A stretch of 64,000 bases of DNA from NCBI GenBank assembly GCA_964202905.1, contig CAXNJO010000003.1:608001-672000 (forward strand). Reading direction: 5' to 3'. The stretch is from Polyangiales bacterium. Its GTDB lineage: Bacteria > Myxococcota_A > Polyangia > Polyangiales > JADJQN01. Position numbers and translations under genes: made by a program. Below, in pieces: positions 1 to 11,459 of the stretch (the first letter of the stretch is position 1; each line of letters opens with the position of its first letter). The notes beneath the pieces were generated by a model that was not told the origin of the DNA, made no database searches, and worked only from the letters and a program-made list of their open reading frames with translations.

Positions 1-2
1 TC

Positions 3-1316
3 GACCGCGCGCTGCGCGGGGTGCTCGGCACGGGCTTCGGCTCCGCGGCCCACGTCGAGCTGATGCTCACGCACTGGCTCGGCGTGCACGCGGGCCTGAC
101 GTGGCTGGAGCTGCCGGGGCGCGGCGACCTCGAGGGCGCATTCTACTGGGGCGCGCGCCTCGGCCTGCGCCTCCACTGGACCGGCCTCGCCGGGCTGCGC
201 GGACACGACGGCTGGATCGATCTCCACGACGCCTTCGGGCGCTCGGGCGTCGCGACGCGGCACGGCCTCGACGTCGGCACCGGCTACGACTTCCGCGTCG
301 CAGACCTGCTCGCCGTCGGCCCCTTCGCGCGGCTGCTCTGGGCGAGCGACCCGCAGGGCTTCGACCCGCTCATCCTGACCTTCGGTGTCTCCGTGCAGGT
401 CGACCCGCCGACGCGCCGCTTCAAGCCGCGCCCGCGCATCGATCCGGAGACCGAGACGCACATCGCCGAGCACGTGGCGGACTCCCCGTTCCTGCGTCGG
501 CTCGGGGACGCGCCGCCCCTCGACGACCTCCGCGATCACGAGCCGATCGTGGCCGACGCGGAGGCGCACCTCGTCCGCAGCGTGGACGCGTTCGGCGCGC
601 GCGAGCTCGGCTGGGGCGGCGGCGCCGCGCTGCACGTCGAGGTGGTCATCTCGCGCCTCGTGGGCCTGCACCTCGGCGGCGTCGTCCACGCGATGCCCCC
701 GGCGCAGGCCGGCGCCTTCGGCACCTCCGTCTACCTCGGCTCGCGCGCCGGTGTGCGCGTGCACTGGACGCAGGCGCTCGGCTGGGACGCGCTCGACGGC
801 TGGGTGGACGTGCACCACGCGTTCGCGACGTCCGGCGGCGTCGCGCGGCACGGCTTCGACGCGGGCACCGGGCTCGCGGTGCACCTCGCGCCCGAGGTGA
901 GCGTCGGCCCCTTCGTGCGGCTCACCTACGGCAGCGACCCGAACGGCGACGACCCGCTGCTCCTCACGGTCGGCGCGACCGTCGCGCTGCTCGCCGGCGT
1001 GCGGCACGGGCGCTCGGTGGCGGACGGCGATCGCGACGGCGTCGCCGATGCGCACGACCTCTGTCCTGGCGAGCACGCGACGACCTCGCGTCCGAGCGAC
1101 ACGCGCCGCGGCTGTCCCACCGCCGACACCGATCACGACGGCTGGCACGACGACGTCGACGCATGCACGACGGATCCCGCCGGCGCGAACCCCGACGCAG
1201 CACACCCTGGCTGTCCGCTCCCCGACCGCGACGCCGACGGAATCGCCGACGCAGAGGACGTGTGCCCCACCGAGCCGGGCGGATTCGAGGACGCACTGCG
1301 CCACGGCTGCCCCTGA
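3..1316 (+). CDS. Outer-membrane beta-barrel-like protein (two similar domains) with C-terminal thrombospondin type-3 repeats; 5'-truncated by window edge
   Basis: Frame open from base 3. Two homologous blocks (GxRxHWT...DGWxDxH..RHGxDxGTG..VGPFxRL..SDPxGxDPL) followed by DxDGDG(V/I)xDxxDxCP repeats. Confidence 0.7.
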   Translation, partial: DRALRGVLGTGFGSAAHVELMLTHWLGVHAGLTWLELPGRGDLEGAFYWGARLGLRLHWTGLAGLRGHDGWIDLHDAFGRSGVATRHGLDVGTGYDFRVADLLAVGPFARLLWASDPQGFDPLILTFGVSVQVDPPTRRFKPRPRIDPETETHIAEHVADSPFLRRLGDAPPLDDLRDHEPIVADAEAHLVRSVDAFGARELGWGGGAALHVEVVISRLVGLHLGGVVHAMPPAQAGAFGTSVYLGSRAGVRVHWTQALGWDALDGWVDVHHAFATSGGVARHGFDAGTGLAVHLAPEVSVGPFVRLTYGSDPNGDDPLLLTVGATVALLAGVRHGRSVADGDRDGVADAHDLCPGEHATTSRPSDTRRGCPTADTDHDGWHDDVDACTTDPAGANPDAAHPGCPLPDRDADGIADAEDVCPTEPGGFEDALRHGCP

Positions 1317-1404
1317 AGGCTTGCGCGGGCGAGCGTCCGTTCGACCGGTCGAGCCGCCCCAAAACACGCACCGGCGGAGCGCGACCCGGACGGGAGCGAC
1401 CCGT

Positions 1405-3165
1405 TCAGCGCAAGATGACGGCGACCGTCGGCGCGAGCAGATCCATCGCGACGCCGCCGTCGGGCGTCAGGTCGACACTTGTACCCGTGCGCCCGTCGGT
1501 CACGCGGCCCCAGCAGTACCACGCCCTCGCCGGATCGGCGGCCGTGCTCGAGCGCCCGCACGAGTGATCGGCCGCCACCGCGACGGCGTCGAAGTCGGCG
1601 AGGATCCGCGTCGGCACGTAGGTGAAGTCCGCCGTCCCGGTGCCCGTCTGCCCGCGCGCGCTGACGCCCCAGCAGTAGAGGTCGCCGTCCACCGCGACGG
1701 CGTCGAAGCCGATGGCGCAGGTGTGGAAGTTGCCCGCGGCGATCTGCGTCCAGACCGCGACCGGCGTAGTCACCCGCTGGGGCGTGAGCACGTCCATGCC
1801 CGGGCCCGGGTCGGAGATCCCGAGCCCGAGGCGGCCCCAGTTCGTCTGCTCACCCCAGCACCAGAGCGAACCATCTTGCTGGATGGCACAGGTGTGGGCC
1901 GTGCCCGACGAGACCTCACGCCAGTCGAAGCCGACGCCGACCCGCGTCGGCTCGCTGCGGTCGAGCGTGTCCCCGACGCCGAGCTGACCACTCGTCATGC
2001 CCGCGCTGGCGTTCGAGCCCCAGCACCAGAGGGAGCCGTCCTCCTGCACGCCGCAGGTGTGACGCTCGCCCGCCGAGACGCGGCTCCAGCGCGCCGTGCC
2101 GACGGGCGTCGGCGCGCTGGCGAACCCCGCTGTCGCCATTTCGCCGAGGCGACCATCGCTGCGCTGCCCCCAACAGAACAGCTGCCCGTCCGCGCGGATG
2201 GCGCAGACGTGCTCGTTGCCGCCGTCGATGGCGCGCCACGCACTGGTCCCCACGCGTGTCGGCATCGGCTGCGCGGTCGTCAGCGCGGACGAGCCTGCGC
2301 CGAGGAGGCCGAACGAGTTGGTGCCCCACGCGTAGAGCGCGCCGTCGACGGTGAGCCCGTAGGCCGTGAATTGCGTCGCGGCGACGGCGACGAAGCGCAG
2401 CGACCCGCTGTAGGACTCGAAGGGGTCGCCCGTCACGCTCGGCGAGCGCGGCGCGCCGCGCTGCGAGAAGCTGTCGTCGCCCGCCGAAGCGAGGCGATCG
2501 GCCTCCGGGGTCCACAGAATGAAGGAGTTGCGCGCCGACAGCGCGACGGGCACGCGCACGACGGCGGTCGGCGGGCCGGCGTCCGGCAGCGGACCGAGGT
2601 CGATGGGCGGTCCGAGGTCGATGGGCGGCCCGAGATCCGCGGGTGGCCCGAGATCCACGGGCGGGCCGAGGTCCGCGGGCGGCATCGCGTCGGGTCCGAG
2701 ATCGCGGGGCCCTGCGTCCATGCCCGCGTCCGGCACATCCCCCGCGCACACCCCTGCCGTGCACTCGGAGGCCGCGCAGGCCGACGCGCCGCGACCCGAC
2801 GACGTCGGCAGCACGACGGCGATCGCGCCGTCCACGGGCAGGACCCGCTCGACGCAGGCCTGCGTGAGCACCGCGCAATTCGCGTCGCGGGCCTCCGCGA
2901 AAAAGCCCCAGGTGCCCGCCGGGAGCGCGCCGGGCGACATCCCCATCGCCGCGCCGCTCGCGACGTCGGCGGCAAAGCGCGCGCTGCCCGCGCACCCGCC
3001 CGTGCGGACCTCGGCGTGCACGAGCACCGTCCCGATGGGCGCGGAGCCGCCCGCGAAGGTGATGCGCCAGTCGGCCGGCGACGGCTCCGAGCCGCACGCG
3101 CCGAGCGCAAGCAGCAGCGAGGCCGCGACGAAGCCGGTCGCGGGTCGGGAGGCGCGCGGGGTCAC
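1405..3165 (-). CDS. RCC1-repeat beta-propeller lipoprotein
   Basis: Lipobox LGAC, Pro-rich linker, repeated HxCAI..DGxLWCWGxN..GQLG units. Confidence 0.85.
   Translation of the reverse strand: MTPRASRPATGFVAASLLLALGACGSEPSPADWRITFAGGSAPIGTVLVHAEVRTGGCAGSARFAADVASGAAMGMSPGALPAGTWGFFAEARDANCAVLTQACVERVLPVDGAIAVVLPTSSGRGASACAASECTAGVCAGDVPDAGMDAGPRDLGPDAMPPADLGPPVDLGPPADLGPPIDLGPPIDLGPLPDAGPPTAVVRVPVALSARNSFILWTPEADRLASAGDDSFSQRGAPRSPSVTGDPFESYSGSLRFVAVAATQFTAYGLTVDGALYAWGTNSFGLLGAGSSALTTAQPMPTRVGTSAWRAIDGGNEHVCAIRADGQLFCWGQRSDGRLGEMATAGFASAPTPVGTARWSRVSAGERHTCGVQEDGSLWCWGSNASAGMTSGQLGVGDTLDRSEPTRVGVGFDWREVSSGTAHTCAIQQDGSLWCWGEQTNWGRLGLGISDPGPGMDVLTPQRVTTPVAVWTQIAAGNFHTCAIGFDAVAVDGDLYCWGVSARGQTGTGTADFTYVPTRILADFDAVAVAADHSCGRSSTAADPARAWYCWGRVTDGRTGTSVDLTPDGGVAMDLLAPTVAVILR
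2591..2703 (-). repeat. In-frame 18-bp tandem repeat encoding (DLGPPx)n linker
   Basis: Translation DLGPPADLGPPVDLGPPADLGPPIDLGPPIDLGP-type run in the RCC1 protein. Confidence 0.85.
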
Positions 3166-3285
3166 GGCGCCGGATGATACCCGGCGTCCCCGCAGGCGGC
3201 CAGCGACGTGCGCGGAGGGCGTGGCTCAAGCGCCCCCCACGCGCGTCGCGCGCGCAGCGAACGGCCCCGTCCGCCGGGCGCGGGA

Positions 3286-3696
3286 TCAGCAGACGGCGCC
3301 GGCGGGAAGACACACCCAAACGACGTCCGTCGCGGTCGGGCACGCATGGCAGCGTGAGGTCCCCGGGCAGCCGAGCGTCCGACAATCCGCGGGACTCGCG
3401 CACGGGCCCGGGTACGCGATGTCCGTGCCCCCGCCCTGCGCGAAACACGCGTCGTCGTAGGTGCCCCCATCGCAGCCGCAGACGGGCGCCTCGTCCTCTG
3501 GGCACACGTCGGGCCGCGGGAGACAGAGCCCGAACGAGCCCTGATGACCGCACGGGTCCCCTTGCGGGGAGGAGCACACCGCGTCGCCCGCGCAGCCCTC
3601 GCGCAGGTCGCAGGGCGTCAGCCCGTGGACCTCGGCGAGGCAGCCGCCGAGGAGGAGCGAGCACGCGGCCGCGAGCCCGGTCGATGTCCTGCGCAT
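3286..3696 (-). CDS. Small Cys-rich lipoprotein with Kazal-type domain
   Basis: LGGC lipobox; CPEDEAPVCGCDGGTYDDAC...AYPGPC Kazal pattern. Confidence 0.75.
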   Translation of the reverse strand: MRRTSTGLAAACSLLLGGCLAEVHGLTPCDLREGCAGDAVCSSPQGDPCGHQGSFGLCLPRPDVCPEDEAPVCGCDGGTYDDACFAQGGGTDIAYPGPCASPADCRTLGCPGTSRCHACPTATDVVWVCLPAGAVC

Positions 3697-3779
3697 CGTG
3701 GCCCCCCGCGGACGCGTCGGGGGCGCCCCCGGAGACGTGCGCCCGCCCCGCCGCGCGTCGATCCCGCGACGGCGGGGCG

Positions 3780-3905
3780 ATGCGCGCGCCCCTCGCCGGG
3801 CCCGGCCTCACGGCGAAGCGGCTGCTCTCGTACGACGCGACGTGTCCGACGTGCGCCGCGCGCTTCGGGCGCAACGCGTCCGTACTCTTCGCGCAGGTCG
3901 CCTGA
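3780..3905 (+). pseudogene. Probable C-terminal remnant of an uncharacterised 'bacterial hydrolase' family gene
   Basis: GLTAKRLLSYDATCPTCAARFGRNASVLFAQVA* resembles the C-terminus I recall for this family (..KKLYFYYTTCPKCAKxYGKNYVVLFAQV); no intact N-terminus upstream. Confidence 0.45.
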
Positions 3906-3933
3906 CGCTCGGCTGCGACGAGGCGCGACGCCA

Positions 3934-3998
3934 GACGGCCAGCCGACTGTCCGTCTGCGCGACGCGTGACGGCCAGCCGGCTGACTGTCTGCGAGACG
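3934..3998. repeat. Two 31-bp direct repeats (27/31 identical); first copy lies in a hairpin (REP/terminator-like)
   Basis: gacggccagccgactgtccgtctgcgcgacg (3934) vs gacggccagccggctgactgtctgcgagacg (3968); stem cagacgg/ccgtctg; immediately 3' of nadE. Confidence 0.7.
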
Positions 3999-3999
3999 A

Positions 4000-5661
4000 T
4001 CAGCCGCGCCAGCGCTGCGCGATGGGCACGCGGCGCCCGGGACCGAAGGCCTTGCGCGAGACGAGGAGGCCCGGCGCGAGCTGGCGTCGCTTGTGCTCGC
4101 TCAGGTGGATCAGGCGCACGACGCGCTCGACGAGGGCGCGATCGAGGCCCTCGGCGACGAGCTCCTCGACGCCGCGCGCGCGCTCGACGTAGCCCTCGAT
4201 CACCGCGTCGAGCTCCTCGTAGGGCGGGAGCGAGTCCTGATCCGTCTGATCCGGGCGCAGCTCCGCGCTCGGCGCGCGCGTGAGCGTGCTCTCCGGGATG
4301 ATCTCACGCCCCGCGCGGCGGTTCACCTCGCGCGCAACCTTGTAAACGAAGGTCTTCGGCAGGTCCGCGATCACCGCGAGCGCGCCGGCCATGTCGCCGT
4401 AGAGCGTGCAGTAGCCGACGGCGATCTCGCTCTTGTTGCCGGTCGTCAGCAGCAGGCGCCCCGTGCGATTGGCCGCGCCCATCAGCACCGCGCAGCGGAT
4501 GCGCGACTGCACGTTCTCCCACGTGACGTCGCCGGGCCCGGGCGGCGCGAGCGCGTCGAGGTGCGGCGTGAGCCCGTCGAGATAGGCCTGGAAGAAGCCG
4601 TCGATCGGGATCTCGCGCAGCCCGATGCCGAGCGCCACAGCGAGCGCGTCCGCGTCGAGAAAGCTCTGCCGCGACGAGTAGCGGGTCGGCAGCGCGAGGC
4701 CGAGCACGTTCTCCGCACCGAGCGCCTCGGCCGCGATCGCCGCGACGAGCGCGCTGTCGATGCCGCCCGAGACGCCGAGCAGCGCGCGCGAAAAACCGCA
4801 TTTGCGCGCGTAATCGCGCACGCCGAGCACGAGCGCGTCGAGCACCGCGCCCTCGTCCGTGTCGGGGTGCGGCGCGATCGGCCCGCCCGCCGCGAGGTCC
4901 GCGACCACCACGTCCGCACCGAACGCGCGCGCCCGCGCGAGGAGCGCGCCATCGGGCCCGAAGAGCGCGGAGCTGCCGTCGAAGACGAGGTCGTCGTGCG
5001 CGCCCACCTCGTTCACGAAGGCGACGGGCACGCCGTGCTTTCGCGCGACCGCCGCGAGCAGGCGCGGGCGGCCTTCGCGCTTGTCGCGCGTGAAGGGCGA
5101 GGCCGCGACGTTCACGAGCAGGCGCGCCCCCGCGGCGACGAGATCACCCACCGGATTCACGGGATACGCGCGCGACGCGAGCGGGTCGGGGACGTCGTTC
5201 CAGATGTCCTCGCAGATCGTGAAGCCCACGGGCACGCCCGCGACCTCCACGAGCGCAGGCGCCGCGCGGCCCGGCTCGAACCAGCGGTCCTCGTCGAAGA
5301 CGTCGTACGTCGGCAGCAGGCGCTTGTGCACCGCGCCGAGGACGACACCATCCCGCACGATGGCGACGGCGTTGCAGAGCCCGCGCGACGCCCCCTCGGG
5401 CGCGCGGTCGACGAAGCCGATCGCTGCGGTGAGCCCGGCGGGCAGCGTGGGCACGAGCGCGTCGAGCGTCGCGCGCTGGGCCGCGATGAAGGAGGGCCGG
5501 TCGAGCAAATCCCGGGGCGGATAGCCGGTGATCGCGAGCTCCGGGAACACGGCGAGGTCCGCGCCCGCGGCGCGCGCTTCCCGGGCCGCGTCGCGGATCC
5601 GCGCGGCGTTCCCCTCGAGATCACCGACCGTCGCGTCGAGCTGGCAGAGGGCGAGCCGCAT
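4000..5661 (-). CDS. nadE: Glutamine-dependent NAD+ synthetase
   Basis: Nitrilase domain (FPEL, K, ICEDIW) plus synthetase motifs SGGIDS, NxQSRIR, TGNKSE, TLYGD, PSAELRPDQ. Confidence 0.96.
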   Translation of the reverse strand: MRLALCQLDATVGDLEGNAARIRDAAREARAAGADLAVFPELAITGYPPRDLLDRPSFIAAQRATLDALVPTLPAGLTAAIGFVDRAPEGASRGLCNAVAIVRDGVVLGAVHKRLLPTYDVFDEDRWFEPGRAAPALVEVAGVPVGFTICEDIWNDVPDPLASRAYPVNPVGDLVAAGARLLVNVAASPFTRDKREGRPRLLAAVARKHGVPVAFVNEVGAHDDLVFDGSSALFGPDGALLARARAFGADVVVADLAAGGPIAPHPDTDEGAVLDALVLGVRDYARKCGFSRALLGVSGGIDSALVAAIAAEALGAENVLGLALPTRYSSRQSFLDADALAVALGIGLREIPIDGFFQAYLDGLTPHLDALAPPGPGDVTWENVQSRIRCAVLMGAANRTGRLLLTTGNKSEIAVGYCTLYGDMAGALAVIADLPKTFVYKVAREVNRRAGREIIPESTLTRAPSAELRPDQTDQDSLPPYEELDAVIEGYVERARGVEELVAEGLDRALVERVVRLIHLSEHKRRQLAPGLLVSRKAFGPGRRVPIAQRWRG

Positions 5662-5762
5662 CGTGCGCGCGACGGTACGCCGACCGCGCCCAGTCCGCCA
5701 CGGCGCGCGTCGTCCCCGCGCAAGTCTGGCCGCGCCGCGCGCGCACGGGTTAAGCTCGCGCG

Positions 5763-7484
5763 ATGCTGCAACGCCCCGCGTCCTCGCTCGTGCTCTCCGC
5801 GCTGCTCCTCGGCCTCGCCGGCTGTGGCGACGCCCCGTCCACGCCTTCGACCCCCGACGCAGGCGCGGACTTCGGCCCGCCCGACCTCGGCGTCGACGCG
5901 GGGCCGCCGCCGCCGCCGGACGTCTGCGATGCGCTCGGGCTCACGCGCACGCCCTTCCGCACGGCCGGCGCAGGCGTCGGCATGGGCGACGTCGCGGGCG
6001 ACTTCACGGCAGAGACGCTCGCAGGGACGTACACGCTCTCCGAGCGCTGGAGCGGCTGCGAGAGCCACGTGTTCTTCGTGCACATGCCGCGCGTCTCGGA
6101 CGACGTGATCCGCACGCCGGTCGACCGCCTGCTCAGCGAGGGGCGCCGCAACGTGCAGTACTTCTTCCTCTCGACCTCGCCGGACGCGGCCGCGCGTCGC
6201 GCGCTCATGGAGGAGCTGTCCGCCGGCCTCGACGAGACGTTCGCCTTCCAGGGCACGACGGTCGAGGAGCAGGCCTTCTGGCGCGAGCGCTTCCACTACG
6301 TCACCGACGAGGCGGGCGCCGTCTCGGGCAGCGTCGGCGCGTACGTGACCGACTACCTCACCTTCGCGCGGACCCCGGCCGGCACCGTCGACCTCGGCGA
6401 TCGCGGCCGCGCCGGCATGCCGCCGCCCACGGTGTTCGGCATCGACCGCGCGCAGACGTGGGATCCGGGCGACAGCCTCAGCCCCGCCGTCGGCGCGCCC
6501 GCGGATCTGCTCGGGATGGCCGCATTTCTCAGCCACTTCTACGAGTACCGCGGCGCCCTCGACGCGCGCCTCGCCGCCGAGACGGACACCACCGTCGTCA
6601 CGCTCCTCGACGAGACGACCACCGGCCGCGTCTTCACGCGCGAGGTGACGCTCCCCGACGCGGCGGCGATGGCCGCCTTCGACACGCTCGAGATCGACAT
6701 CGAGATCACGTGCAACCAGCGCAACCCCTTCGGCTGCTCCGAGTGGGATCGCATCGCCGACATCCAGCTCTGCGCGGACGGCGCGGCCTGCACGGATCGC
6801 CGCGAGATCGCGCGCTGGATCACGCCCTACTGGCGCCGCGGCCGGCAGCACTACCTCATCGAGGCCTCGCCCTTCCTCGGCGCGCTGCGCGACGGCGGCA
6901 CGAAGCACTTCTTCGTCGAGCTCGGACCCGAGTGGGAGCGCGCGACCGAGTGGGACGCGAAGGTCGCGCTCCGCATGCGCGCCCGCGGCACCGAGCCCCG
7001 CGCGACGGGCGCAGAGCGGGCCTTCACCGGCGGCGGCTTCGGCCCGACCTACAACGACCGCGCGCCCGTCACCTTCACGCCGCCCGCGGACGCGACGCGC
7101 GTCGAGCTCGTCACGATCGTCACCGGACACGGCCAGGCGGCGAGCAACGGCTGCGCGGAGTGGTGCGATCACCGCCACGCCTTCACGGTCAACGGCACCG
7201 CGCTCCCCATCCTCCGCCACGAGGGCGAGTCGATCGGCAGCGACCGCGGCTGCGCGGCCCGCGCCGACGAGGGCGTGATCCCCGGCCAGTGGGGCAACTG
7301 GGCGCAGGCCCGCGCCTATTGGTGCCCGGGCATGGCGGTGCAGCCCATCCGCACGGACATCACCGCGCTCGTGACGCCGGGCAGCGCCAACACGATCGAC
7401 TACGAGGGCGCCTTCCGCGCCGGCGCGCCCTCCGGCGGCGACATCGCACTGAGCGCGTGGGTCGTCTGGTACCGCAACCCCTGA
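5763..7484 (+). CDS. Lipoprotein with peptide-N-glycosidase F (PNGase F)-like C-terminal domains
   Basis: LAGC lipobox; CSEWDR, EIARWITPYW, TGHG, GCAEWC and GNW..RAYWCPG motifs of PNGase F. Confidence 0.8.
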   Translation: MLQRPASSLVLSALLLGLAGCGDAPSTPSTPDAGADFGPPDLGVDAGPPPPPDVCDALGLTRTPFRTAGAGVGMGDVAGDFTAETLAGTYTLSERWSGCESHVFFVHMPRVSDDVIRTPVDRLLSEGRRNVQYFFLSTSPDAAARRALMEELSAGLDETFAFQGTTVEEQAFWRERFHYVTDEAGAVSGSVGAYVTDYLTFARTPAGTVDLGDRGRAGMPPPTVFGIDRAQTWDPGDSLSPAVGAPADLLGMAAFLSHFYEYRGALDARLAAETDTTVVTLLDETTTGRVFTREVTLPDAAAMAAFDTLEIDIEITCNQRNPFGCSEWDRIADIQLCADGAACTDRREIARWITPYWRRGRQHYLIEASPFLGALRDGGTKHFFVELGPEWERATEWDAKVALRMRARGTEPRATGAERAFTGGGFGPTYNDRAPVTFTPPADATRVELVTIVTGHGQAASNGCAEWCDHRHAFTVNGTALPILRHEGESIGSDRGCAARADEGVIPGQWGNWAQARAYWCPGMAVQPIRTDITALVTPGSANTIDYEGAFRAGAPSGGDIALSAWVVWYRNP

Positions 7485-7519
7485 ATCGCGGCGCAGGCGG
7501 CGCGGGCCGCTCGCGTCCT

Positions 7520-7550
7520 GTTGCTGTTGTATCCGTGATGCTCCTGCAAC
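7520..7550. promoter_or_regulatory. Paired imperfect palindromes GWTRCW-NN-TGYAWC (putative operator)
   Basis: GTTGCTGTTGTATC (7520) and GATGCTCCTGCAAC (7537), ending 47 bp upstream of ATG 7598; similar pair at 40076-40107. Confidence 0.45.
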
Positions 7551-7597
7551 CCGATCACATCGAGTCGTCGCGGTCGCGCGGCGCCCCCGGAGACGCC

Positions 7598-9319
<1,722 letters not shown>

Positions 9320-9566
9320 GCGCGGGCCCGCGCGGCCCTCCCCCGACACGACTCGTCAGGAGGCCGAGACCCGCGCGGCCATCGGATTGGCTCGTACACA
9401 AACGGCGCGACGGCGGACACTTGCCGCCGCCCGCGCCCCCGCTTTCTGCACCCCCGCCGTCACGCGGGCCCGCGCCGGGCGGACCTGCGGCGTCACGCGT
9501 GGCTCATGTACGGCGACACGAGCCTGCGCATCCCCAACACCCGCAGACGACGTCGCGTTCGCTGCC

Positions 9567-11169
9567 TCAAGGCCCGACGATCGCCCGCACCCGCGCGACG
9601 ATCGCATCGCACGCAGTTCCGATGGCCGTCGGCGTCGCGGCGATGTGATGATCCGTGAGCGGCTGGCCGAGATCGGTGAGCATCGCGTCGAACTGCGCCG
9701 GCGCGGGGCTCGCGGAGGCCGAGTCGAAGACGATCAGCGTCGTACCGCTCGCGCGGAGCGCATCGCGCACGGCAGGCCACTGCGCCGGCGCGGGCGTGAT
9801 CCCGGTGTAGGGGCTGTAGAGGCCCGCGCCCGTGGGGTTCGGGCCGTTGTGAATCGGGCTGTCGGTATGCATCACGACGACCCGCGCGGCGCTCGAGCGC
9901 CAGCAGCCGCCGGGCACGCGCCCAGCCGAACAGCTGAGGCCGGACGCCGACGAGGGCAGCACGCCGCCCGCCAGGACGGAGAGCGCCTCGACGGTGGCTT
10001 CCGGCGCATCGCTGCCGCCAAAGGACGGGCGCGTCGTGACCTCCGCCGCGATCGCCGACGCGGAGGCGACCGGCTCGATCCCGCCCTCGAAAGGCCGATC
10101 ACCAGCTGCACCGTAAAATTCGACGGGGAAATCCGCGAAATACGACACGCCCACCTGCACGCCGCTGAGCGCGAGCAGCGGCACGATGCAGCGCGATGTG
10201 ATCGTGGGCAGGTCCGTCGTCACCGCAGGGCTGTTCGAGGTCGCCTGCTCGAACAGGAGCGTCACGTCGACGGGACGCATGCTCGAGCACGGCGAAACCT
10301 CCTCCGTGTAGCCGCAGGCGGCATCACAGCGGAGCAGGCGCGTCTGACCCGAGGGGCAGCCCGCCCCCGTGCGCGTCGTCGCGCCGGGCATGCAGCTGCC
10401 CTCTGCCGTGCACGCGCCGAAGGTCGTCCACGTGCAGGTGTCGGTGCAGCGCGTCGTCTGCGTCCCGCACATCCCGCACGACTCGCTGCCGGTCGTCCCC
10501 GGCATGCACACGCCCTCGCCGGTGCAGGTGCCGTACTCCCACACACGCGACGCGTTGCAGAATCGGTCGCGCGTCCCGCACCTCCCGCACGACTCTTGCT
10601 CGAGCGCGCCCGGCGTCGGGCACGCATCCGCCATGCACGCGGAGACCGGCTCGAAGCTGCACGTGTCGCTGCACAGAAGTTCGCGCGTCTCGCCCGCGCC
10701 GCAGCCCGCGCCCGAGCGGGTGCGCGTGCCCGGCGCGCAGCTCCCCTCGCCGCCGCAATCGCCCGCCGACTCCCACGTGCACGCCGCGGTGCAGCGCGTC
10801 GGGCGCGATCCGCACATCCCGCACGACTCGCTCGCCGTCGTCCCCGGCATGCACACGCCCGACTCGCCCTCGCAGGCGCCGTACGCCCACACCAGCTCGG
10901 CCGTACAGAAGCGCTGCGACCGTGCCGCACATCCCGCAGGGCACGCTCTCGATCGCGCCCGCCGTCGTGCACGGGTCGGTCGCTCCCGCGTCCTCGACGC
11001 TTCCCCCGCCTCCGTCAGCACCCGGGCCACCATCGACGTCGCCGGCACCATCTCTCTCGACGGCGCCGTCGACCGTCGATGCACCGCTCGGCTTCTCGCT
11101 CCCGCAGGCCGACACCACACCGACGAGCGCCCCGACGAGCGCGACCCGACCGATCATCCTGAGATTCAT
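9567..11169 (-). CDS. Cys-repeat lipoprotein with C-terminal vWA-like domain; single frameshift near 10920
   Basis: RBS AAGGAG then MNLRMIG..VSAC in one frame; after CGMCGT the repeat continues as SQRFCTAEL in another frame. C-terminus has PVDVTLL, GVSYFADFP, GGSDAPEA, VVVMHTDSP. Confidence 0.75.
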
Positions 11170-11459
11170 TTCCTGCTCCTTCGGAGGCCAAGCGACCGCG
11201 TCGACGGCGCGGGGCCAAATCATGCCACAAGCCCCCCCCCCAGCCATGGGGATTCTGGGAGCCGACGTCCCCGCAGACGACGGTCGGAAGTACACGGCAC
11301 GCGTCGCTGAATCCGTCGATGGCGCGACAACGCACGTGTCGTTCGCCGGCCATGCGACGCCGGGGACCGTCCGATTCCCTTGCTCGATGGGATGACTCGT
11401 TCGCAGCGGAGCCCGCCGCTGTGTCCGTCACCCATCCTCGGGCGAATGAGTCGGAGAAT

